40,584 nt of DNA from Craspedostauros australis. Lineage: Eukaryota. The number at the start of each line of letters is the position of its first letter. Position 1 is the stretch's first letter. This document shows, piece after piece, positions 10,301-18,175 of the stretch. The notes under the pieces were generated by a model. It was not told where the DNA came from and ran no database searches. It worked only from the letters and a program-made list of their open reading frames with translations. Made by a program: the position numbers and the translations under genes. The DNA is taken from contig JALAGF010000526.1 of the NCBI GenBank assembly GCA_030167865.1, positions 1 through 40,584 on the forward strand, given 5' to 3'.

Positions 10301-11338
10301 CGTCCACTCGTACTGCAACCATCCATCGTTGTGGCCGTTGGCTGCTTCGATGAATCGCTGATGCAGCCTCATCCCGTACTCTTTCGTGCCGATGCCTTGC
10401 TGCACGACCATGTCCGCCAAGGTCATGCCGAAGTAGTCATGCAAGACTGCGTGGGACTCCAACTTGCCGTCTTGCATCGAGTACATGAAGTTGTAGAAGC
10501 CGCCATCGATGCGGTAGGATTCGGAGCGGCTCATCTTCCAGACGGTCTGCTGGAACTGCTCCAACGACAGGGCGAGGCTGAGCTCGGTCTGCGCGTGGCC
10601 GACCAACGATCGGACGTTGTTGAGGCTGCACCACGCGTCGTAGTTGTCGTCGCACGGGGCATCGGGCGGCATCTGCTTGTTGGTGTACCCGACCGCCACG
10701 TAGTAGCGCGACGTGAGTGCGGCAACGTAGGCCACCTTGGCGTTGACCTCGTCGTCGCCCAGGAAGAGGTACTGCACGAAGCCGCCGCCGCCATCGGCCG
10801 CCGCGATGGATCGCTGATGCAGGTCTTGGGCATCGTAGTTGACGAGGCCGATGTCGTCGAAGATCATCTGCGTCGTGCGTCCCACGAAGTCCTCGCTGCG
10901 TCCGTGCGCTCGAATGATCATGGTGTCGCGTTCGACGACGTAAGGGTAGAAGCCCGTCTCGCGGTTGGAGGCGGCATCGGTGACCACGCGCAGATGCTCA
11001 TCATCGATGTACCCGTCCGCGTTGGCGAACGCCCGGAGCTCGTCGGCCACATCGATCGCCAGTTGCTGGGAGATCGTGCGGGCGCAGGTCAAGCTGTAGG
11101 CGGCGTTGCAGGATGTCCTCGCTGATTTCACATGGCTCTGCAGGAGTCTGGCGGCATTCGTGGTTGTGGTTGCTGCAGGCCTTGCCGCTGGTATTGTCAC
11201 TATGGGTGTAGCCGTCGGCGCTGCCGCAGGGCAGTGATAGAGCGAGAGACATGAAAGAGTGAGGAGAGCGAGAAGGAACTTGGCTCGGGTTTGGTTTTGC
11301 ACCAGGAAACGGCGTTCGCTTCTTGTTGGTTGCACCAT
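7388..11338 (-). CDS. Predicted single-pass membrane receptor: signal/anchor, 4 tandem Cache-like domains, Cys-rich stalk, TM helix, WWE, SH3-like, PARP catalytic (mono-ART, PARP14-like); ~1316 aa, intronless
   Basis: N-terminal hydrophobic FLLALLTLSCLSL; four repeats of FY(x)F...(A)H...G(K/R)T...GG(F/W)V-x-Y-x-W...K-x-x-(Y/F)...Y-x-G-x-G(Y/F); TM LSFVFAIAALIIMPAVAYGFIL followed by RAKRKGKLK; WWE VWYWKED...YVLNFQHMFQRNMRTQRIRKIERR; PARP motifs VERVQNSSLW, WLFHGT, GFDRNFAG, GMGVYFAVNASYS, MFLSRVIVG, NLFVAYQDAQAYPEYLVTF. Confidence 0.88.
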   Translation of the reverse strand: MVQPTRSERRFLVQNQTRAKFLLALLTLSCLSLYHCPAAAPTATPIVTIPAARPAATTTTNAARLLQSHVKSARTSCNAAYSLTCARTISQQLAIDVADELRAFANADGYIDDEHLRVVTDAASNRETGFYPYVVERDTMIIRAHGRSEDFVGRTTQMIFDDIGLVNYDAQDLHQRSIAAADGGGGFVQYLFLGDDEVNAKVAYVAALTSRYYVAVGYTNKQMPPDAPCDDNYDAWCSLNNVRSLVGHAQTELSLALSLEQFQQTVWKMSRSESYRIDGGFYNFMYSMQDGKLESHAVLHDYFGMTLADMVVQQGIGTKEYGMRLHQRFIEAANGHNDGWLQYEWTNTQGEAPRTKIAFITKVEIQGKEFYLGSGFYLQRGPALSGPFGQPCTEDTNLPCAFRTALELTSHALSYAISSPRSPEAVLDAWSTEPQFREGEFYIFAYDYNSTCLALGVEPELRGKTMRQIFEGENGIPLDTQELNQAFIDTAESDGGFVVYNWATPDRPNIIFEKISYVFKLQLDHRDIYAGVGFTNRRARIEPFVGGGLRDNGGKWIDCEPNLGFDCSEINAQAVLGQAMADVTVATSQAIVTIQHKQSRSIDDVLEGITNGEARYRFHDFAVSVFSSDGAECATVDNSGCLLASTLDPSLVGKTWQEILDEKGVVSVKGSELHEGLSAQANLDGGVYEYPWLVQASGEASQKRAWTARYRHKGRMFYVVSEYELPQSQPTPCKVCYEISDDDAADQNLRFSNNLSTTDCDNNCDDGFKCSGADQDFCPLIKSESEPSTLSFVFAIAALIIMPAVAYGFILRAKRKGKLKVRAMAAQLLKQMQGIVHVDHALAIRGIDDYDRLLQQHHTTHVQVVWYWKEDTRSLSKYEKGEVLPNTNFVRYASQVLNDSIESIYQQYQKKGGAAAEFTIMAATSVEDYGVTMATGDDYVLNFQHMFQRNMRTQRIRKIERREFITVIDEHAKENLPELPSDLRHVDSEDLLPLIEGQLIQISKIHPKNSKWAYGHVLHDPLLEGEMDDATEIADDSESSVEMGNSMMLSQIWHTRPQSGWFPAELTSAASASDMRKLAGALGDNAKLAPPSSWQYEETSNGLTYFEGLVDLAETDPEAKPEYDKVVGYIHLSLADEKDRFEILKVERVQNSSLWQPYVVKRETIAKRDREDPNRRVHNKDPTDIERKWLFHGTRADTVEKIYTQGFDRNFAGRSNAAKHGMGVYFAVNASYSCCDTYSAPDERGVKRMFLSRVIVGDWCVGRNNEPSPDYKSGKPLQRFDTTVDRLVDPNLFVAYQDAQAYPEYLVTFIPRSKSV

Positions 11339-12977
11339 GTCGGACGAGGCTGTTGCCGCGGATGTTCGGAATTGTGCAGGGGGTTGCTCCGCTTCTTCTT
11401 CACAACCACGTTGGCGGCGTTGGCGATGGACCAAAGGTTCTTGAGGACTGCTGTGGCGAGAGATCGAGTTTGTGACCAAGCTCAGAAATGTGAGGCTGCT
11501 CGCAATAGTAGTCGCACTCGTACAGCGGATGGCTCATTCCAGACGCAGCCAGCGCATCTGTTCATAGAATGGAATGCTTAATAGAATTCTTGATAGAATG
11601 CTTGTGGGGAGCGTTGTTGCAATATCCGAGTGCAGAGAGTCGAGAGTCGAGTGTCGAGTGTCGAGCAGAGATGGCAGTACTCGTACGAGCCATGTGGAGT
11701 GGGTATGTTTGTAGGAACAAGTAGTCGCACTCTCCGCATGTCCCTGTGTGGATGAACGTGGGTGGATGAGTGTCCGGCTGCCTGCGTGGTGTCAGAAGAA
11801 GGAGCACGGCTGCATCCACCATCACCATTCTCTCTCTCCGGAAGAAAGGGAGAGAACGCAATGCACAGGAGGGAGGCAGAACGTGGACGTGCCAACGCCA
11901 GCATGAGGGGTGGTCGACCCCTCTCCATCTCCCAACACCGCCAACAGCGGCGCGACCGACACCAATACCAACATCAAAGACAGCAACAGCAGCAGCTGCG
12001 ACAGATACAACAACATCAACTGCAACCACCATCATCCATGAGAAAGGTGCCCGATGGGCCAAACACGCCATCAAACACCATTCCGACACACATCAAGGAA
12101 CGCTTGTGAAGGCAGATCCCAGACACGCAAACGCTGCGGCACTGCAGAACGCGTTGCGCCCACTTGATACCCTTCGTATCGATACGTGTTTACTTATGCA
12201 GAGTTGATGGCACTGTTCTTCGTGCTTGGTTTGGCGCCTCTGATTGGTGCATTCAATCGCGCTGAAGGCTTGTTGGGCAAGTGGTTCTCAATTGTTCAAT
12301 CGTGCAACTCAAGATCTTGAACAAACACGTTTCGGCCAAATCAAAGTCGTACTGATCAAACACCGTGAGTCCCGTATAATCGTGACTAAACATGTGTCTG
12401 TTCCGAGCCAAAATCGACAATGACTGCGAGCTGAGCGACGAACGACAGACATCCGTTGATTTGTGTGTCGTGGTCATTGCACACGCACACAAGGGAAAAA
12501 TGCAAGCGACAAACAGACTGCTTCCAACGCAACTGACAGTCGTGAAGTCGCGCTGTGTTCTGTGCGAGCGTGTTGTCTCCGTTTGAAAGCTTGTGTTGCA
12601 ACGAGCACATCCGTACAACACGACAAACTACGAGCTGCGTGGGATGACAAACATACAAAATCAACACACCCACGCGCAAATGGCCGCGACGAGACACAAC
12701 GACAACAGATCCAAAAAAACACAAATCGTCGCAAACGAACTCACAAACAAACTCACCAACGACACACACACACGCACACATACATACACTGCCACATCCT
12801 GATTCTGGCTGTGTCTGTGCAGACACTGCTACATCGTGGCTTGTACCGCATTGTGTGATCAAATCCAGACGTGTTGTCTGTCATCTTCACCTTGACTGTT
12901 GTGTACTATTCTTTTCTTCATTCCGACACACTTCTGCACCAACACATCAGAATTCATTCATTCATCATATCACCGCA

Positions 12978-15900
12978 ATGGTGCTTCACGAGACCATGAC
13001 CTCCGAGCTCGCCGTCGCCGCCACACCTGCACCCACAGCCACCGCTACTGCCACACCCACAGCCACCACGCCTTTTACACCCGGCGGGGACACCATCGCG
13101 AACATGGACGCTGCGGATGCCGCCAACATCGCCGCCGCATTGATCAGAGATGATGCTGAGGCGCGTGCCAACGACGACGACAGCGACAAGGAGGTCAATC
13201 CCGAAGACTTTGAGCGCGATGAGCGAGGTTACGTGCTGTTCCGCATCCGCGGGACGTCCAAGAAGGACTGGATGTTCGTTCGCTTGGTGGCCAGACCAGG
13301 CGCGGACCTGCAGAACCTCACCAGCTACGATGCCTCCCACGCGCTCTGCATGCTCTGCAAGACCTACCTCACCTTCTCTCCAGGCAACGGCAACACCGTC
13401 TACCGTCACATGCGCAGATTCCACGAAGACATCATGGGTCCGCTGCGAGCGCAGGCCAAGGCGGAGGCCAAGCTCAGGAAGGACACCGCCAAGAAGAAGA
13501 AGGCGGCCAGGGAGCTCAAGGCTGCCGTCAAGGCAGCTGCCATCAAGGCCGCTGGCAGCGCAGCATCGACGCCCAAGAAGGTCGGGAGACCCAAGAAGAA
13601 ACGGCCTCCGTCGCAATCTCCCACATCTCACGAGCTTCCCGTTGCACCATTCGCCACCACGGCACCAACAGCACCAGCAGCATCTCCGCCCACCGCCACG
13701 CCTGCCAACAAGAGGTTCAAGACGAGCCCCACGACCAGCGCTCACGCCGCCAATCCAACCTACGTGCAGGGAGCAGCAGTCGGCACTCCCCCCACCTTCA
13801 CTGCCTTGCGCAATCCACCCCCGACAGCAGCACCGGCGCCCGCAGCGTCACTGCCACCCTCAACAGCAGCAGCAACAACAACGATGGCAAGCTACCCACC
13901 GCTCGCCACGTCGCCGTCTCCCATGTTTGGCTTGTCCACGCCGTTGCCGACAGATATGGATGCCGATTCTTCGGGTCTCAATCAAACGCACGGCCAGGCT
14001 CTTCTCATCAACTGGCTCAACGACTCTCTGAGACCCATCGACGTTGTGGAAGACGCCGGCTTCGTCGAGTACTCCAAGTACCTCGCGGCACCCTCCAACT
14101 CCCTCTACGCCAGCTCATTCGAGATTCCATCGCGTGCGAAGATCGAGGAGACCATCGCGGAGTTGTCGGAAAAGTCGACGAAGATCATCAAGGAATGCAT
14201 GCAATCCGAGATGGAGCACTTCAGTCTCGAGGTGGACATGTGGTGTCTGCCGACGGCTGACAGCCCTGCGGTTCCATCGGCATCTGGCACATCCAGCCCC
14301 AACCAGCAGTTCATCGCCATCACTGCGCATTACCTCACGGACACCTTCCAACCAAAGAGCGTCGTCCTCGACGTATCCAAGCTCAGCGGCACTGACATGA
14401 CCGAGAAGCAAGATGCATCATCGGGCGTCGTCAAAGCCTTCATCGAACGCGCGTTAGCGCAGTACGGTCTCTTCAAGAACAAGCTCGTCATGGTGCTGTG
14501 CAACACGGAGAGCACACGGCAGGCTTGTGCCCAGTTGAGCCTCAAGCATATGGACGCCGTCGGGCATGGTCTGCATCAACTTGTCGGACCCTTCGTGACG
14601 ACGAGCGGCGACAACATGGAGGCAGCCTCGAACAAGACAAGCACCGCGGCAGCGACCGCCGTTGCGCCAAGGCAACTGCAACCCAACGAGGCCGAGTTCC
14701 AACTCGAGAAGGAAGCGGACACGGAGGAAATCACGCACAGCACCTCCCAAACCATTGCCAAGGCCAATCAAATCGCGTCGCGGATCGTGGCGGCCATGGA
14801 ATCCAACAACGAGAACGAAAAGCCACCTGCCACCACGACAGCCAAGGGGAAGGGCATCGTGTTGGGAACGCCCAACAACTGGTGTTCCATCCTCAAGATG
14901 ATCAAGAGCTTGGTCAAGTACCGCGCCTCCCTACCAGATCCAGTCGCTGTGATGGTGGAAGAGACCGACAGCGATGATGGCAGCGATGCCGACAGCGATG
15001 ACGACTACAATAACAATGACGATAGCAGCAACAGCAGCGGTAAAAGTGGTACCAGCGGCGGCGGCGGCGGCGGCGACAAGGAACGAGCGAGCACCAAGAA
15101 GAACAAAAAGGTGGATACGCGTGCCAAATCGCCGAGCAGCCCCGCCGGAAGCAACGACGAAGATGTTATTCGTCAGCAGCTGGCCAGGCTCTCAGAGAGA
15201 GAATGGAGCTTCCTCGAGGGCATGGCATTGGTCCTCGGTCCCTTCGAGCTCGCCGTCGAACTCTTGCGATCCAGCAATTGCGCGACTTTGGCAGAAGCAT
15301 TGCCCATCATCGCCACGCTGAAGCAGTACGTGGAGAAGACGACGAGCGCCGGGAACGAGGAGACAGATGCGGCCATGAAGAAGTTCTTCAAGCGATACGA
15401 AGACAAATCCTTCTTCCTCGAGATGCTGGTCGACTTGAAGCTGTGCGGTTCCGCGTTGCTGTCCGGCTTCGCGAGGCGCTACGACGTCGTGAAGCCCGAC
15501 ACGTTGTTCATCTCCATGTTCGATTACCGTCGACGCAAGATGAGACACCTCCCACCATCCGTCTACGAGGAGTGCAAGGCGAACTTCACGGATCAAGTCT
15601 TCGCTGCCACATCCGTGAAAGGGGAGGATGATGCTGATGCCGATGCCGTGATGGGAAGCGCATCATCATCCAACGACAACGACAACGACAATAGCAAAGT
15701 GAAAGATACCGATGATTCCACCAACTCGAAGGGAGGAGCGACCACGCAAAAGCAAGACGAAAGCGACGACGACGCCGACACGGACATGATGCAATACGAG
15801 TGCCTCTTTGCGTCGCTCGATTCCCCACCTAGCGAGGAAGTATCGGACAAGGCCACCGGCAAGGACAGCCTTCAGAAACGTCACAGATCTGCCGTCGAGA

Positions 15901-16223
15901 TGGAGGTGTCCAACTACCTCCTCTCCAACCTCCGCTCGCCTCCGCGCACGTCGCCGCCGGAATGGTGGAAGACCAACGGTCGCCTCTACCCCAACCTGGC
16001 AATCGCGGCCAGAAAGTGGTTGTGCATACCTGCCGTCGCGAACTGCAGCGACCGAGTCTTCGCAGGATGCGGATCCAAGCTTGCGAGAGCAGCAAGTTCG
16101 CCATCCGAAGGCGACACGATGATGAAGCAAGTCTTCCTGCATGCCAACAAAAAGGTCCATCCTATTGGAATCAACGACTTGAAGCAGGTTTTGGGAGGGG
16201 AAGGTGTTACGTACGATGTGTGA
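12978..16223 (+). CDS. BED zinc-finger / hAT transposase-derived protein (ZBED-like), probably domesticated, ~1081 aa
   Basis: BED finger ALCMLCKTYL...VYRHMRRFH; RPIDVVEDAGF; FSLEVDMW; FIAITAHYL; LVLGPFELAVELL; hATC dimerisation region PPEWWKTNGRLYPNLAIAARKWLCIPA...SDRVFA. Uninterrupted ORF with host-like codon usage. Confidence 0.85.
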   Translation: MVLHETMTSELAVAATPAPTATATATPTATTPFTPGGDTIANMDAADAANIAAALIRDDAEARANDDDSDKEVNPEDFERDERGYVLFRIRGTSKKDWMFVRLVARPGADLQNLTSYDASHALCMLCKTYLTFSPGNGNTVYRHMRRFHEDIMGPLRAQAKAEAKLRKDTAKKKKAARELKAAVKAAAIKAAGSAASTPKKVGRPKKKRPPSQSPTSHELPVAPFATTAPTAPAASPPTATPANKRFKTSPTTSAHAANPTYVQGAAVGTPPTFTALRNPPPTAAPAPAASLPPSTAAATTTMASYPPLATSPSPMFGLSTPLPTDMDADSSGLNQTHGQALLINWLNDSLRPIDVVEDAGFVEYSKYLAAPSNSLYASSFEIPSRAKIEETIAELSEKSTKIIKECMQSEMEHFSLEVDMWCLPTADSPAVPSASGTSSPNQQFIAITAHYLTDTFQPKSVVLDVSKLSGTDMTEKQDASSGVVKAFIERALAQYGLFKNKLVMVLCNTESTRQACAQLSLKHMDAVGHGLHQLVGPFVTTSGDNMEAASNKTSTAAATAVAPRQLQPNEAEFQLEKEADTEEITHSTSQTIAKANQIASRIVAAMESNNENEKPPATTTAKGKGIVLGTPNNWCSILKMIKSLVKYRASLPDPVAVMVEETDSDDGSDADSDDDYNNNDDSSNSSGKSGTSGGGGGGDKERASTKKNKKVDTRAKSPSSPAGSNDEDVIRQQLARLSEREWSFLEGMALVLGPFELAVELLRSSNCATLAEALPIIATLKQYVEKTTSAGNEETDAAMKKFFKRYEDKSFFLEMLVDLKLCGSALLSGFARRYDVVKPDTLFISMFDYRRRKMRHLPPSVYEECKANFTDQVFAATSVKGEDDADADAVMGSASSSNDNDNDNSKVKDTDDSTNSKGGATTQKQDESDDDADTDMMQYECLFASLDSPPSEEVSDKATGKDSLQKRHRSAVEMEVSNYLLSNLRSPPRTSPPEWWKTNGRLYPNLAIAARKWLCIPAVANCSDRVFAGCGSKLARAASSPSEGDTMMKQVFLHANKKVHPIGINDLKQVLGGEGVTYDV

Positions 16224-16609
16224 GATGGGATGTATGGTGGCAGCAGCATGCATCATGAGAAGACGATGGTGCGTTCTCACAAACAGGGAGATGTTGGGAG
16301 GTGCCGCAGTCGAGTACAGTAGATACGTGTGGATGATGTCGTGCAGCGAAGTGGAGGTGTTGCAGCGTCCTCCACTTGTTGTTTCATTCCCATCTATAGA
16401 TGGATGATGAATGGCACGAGTATAATAAATGTAACGTTATTTTTGGTACCCTGCCAACATTCATGATACCTAACAACCCCACAAACAATGATTAGGAAGC
16501 AGACACAAGTGTGGATATCATAGAATACCAGAGAATGTACAGTTCTGTAAGATGGACTTCCATGCCCTACTTTGCTTTCTGTGTTTGAGTATTGGTGGAG
16601 AGTCCATAG

Positions 16610-17443
16610 CTACGGCTCGTCCGGCTTCTTCTTGAAATCCGACATGTTGGTGGTCTGCACTGGCCGTCCCATAATCGTCAACATTCCCAGTGACGAAATC
16701 TCAGCCCCGTTGTTGTCCTCGATGAAAAGCGTGAGGCTCTTGACCCGCTGGAACTTGACGAACCGCGTCATGAATGCTTCACCATCCTCCTTCAACAGCT
16801 CCGGTGTCAGCGTCAGTTCCTGCGTGGGGTCCACATCGTCTATATCCTCAAATCCCAGGTTGGACCGGTTGACGTACAGCTTGACGGTGGTTGGATTCTG
16901 ATCGGGGTCCACGCCTTGATTGAATTCGGTGAATTTGATGCTCTTAATCTGCGTGGTTGATTCATGCCATCGTGTATTGTTTGAATTGAAATATTACATC
17001 ATGTTGTATTTGCATCGCATTGTTTGGAAGACGGCGGAGGAAAACAGGTGAGCGGGTGAGCTGGATGTTGAAGGAACCGCGTTTGCCATTTGCAACCGCA
17101 CGCTACAATCATTGGCTGCACAACCAACAATGCAACCACCAAACGCGGAACGCCCTGTACACAATGGGACGAACGGCACAAATGCAACAACCACAGCATG
17201 CTGCACGACACGACGTACCCGAACGAAGTCATGAAAGGAAATGTGAAGGATGAGCTGCTCATCGGCATCGCTCTTGCATCCCAAACGAGAATCACCGATG
17301 AAGAGGTTGGTCATGGGGAATCCTGGAGCGACGTTGCGCGCGAAGCAATCCGCCTTATCAATCGCGCTGCTCAAGTTCACAAGCTTTCCATCATCCTTGT
17401 CAGCGGCTGGCTGCGCCATGCCTGGGTTCATTCCGGCCATCAT
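16610..17443 (-). CDS. PITH-domain (proteasome-interacting thioredoxin-like) protein, 187 aa; exons 17443-17219 and 16948-16610
   Basis: CKSDADEQLILHISF, IKSIKF, PTTVKLYVNRSNLGFED, RFVKFQRVKSLTLFIEDN; intron 16949-17218 (GTACGT...CGCAG on the minus strand) joins FVR-IKSIK in frame. Confidence 0.9.
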
Positions 17444-18175
17444 CTTTGTGCGATATCTGTATTGTTGCAGTGCGTTGCTTTCCGATCGTCAATCGATTGG
17501 CTGTCTCTCTCTCTCTCCTTGAGTGTTTTCGTCGCCGCTTTCGTTGCCTTCTCCTTTTCAAGTTCCTCGACGTCGTATTTTGTGGGTCGCGGCTATCCTG
17601 GTCGACGACCGTCGTTTGTTGTTGTCGTTTCTCGCGTGGATTGCGTGTTGGTTTCGCTTGAGTTCTTTGTGGCGCGTTTTCGTTTTCGTGTCGTGTTGTC
17701 AAACGAATCGAATGAAGAGACGACTACTTGGAATGAATCATGCGACGAGAAAGTTCTTGACGCTTCTTCGAATCAACCTCACATTCGATTCCTCCGATTA
17801 CGTTTGGATTCCATTCGGGTTCTCATTTTTCGTTTTGCGAAAGGAGAACAAACCGAGAAACGGTTGCTTGATTGGTTGGTGGAGATGATTGGTGTGGGGC
17901 AGATGTCTCTCTTGGAAGAGAGCATCCCACCAACGAGAAAGAGAGAGAGAGAAAGACGACGAAGGTGTGGTTGTGAAGGTGCCATCATGAGACGCTGCTC
18001 ATCGTGAAACAAGCCGCGATCCGGAAGTTGGTCTTGCTGTCGATGCCAAAGAAAGATCTTTCTCCTTGCGAGACAGGAGCACACGTTGGTAACTCACAAA
18101 CTCAGACTGTAGAGAGAGCATCCATCAACAAGGATCCACCAAAGATATTTAGAATAGGAAGTACGCGAAGATATC

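Noticed and set aside
11480-12860. Several 100-175-aa ORFs between the receptor-PARP and hAT-derived genes
   Set aside because: Low-complexity CA/GT-rich divergent promoter or UTR-like sequence with no coding bias or motifs; I saw no hAT TIRs.
17090-18007. 305-aa plus-strand ORF spanning the PITH gene and its promoter
   Set aside because: Antisense to PITH exon 1 and runs through CT/GT-rich promoter sequence; no protein features.
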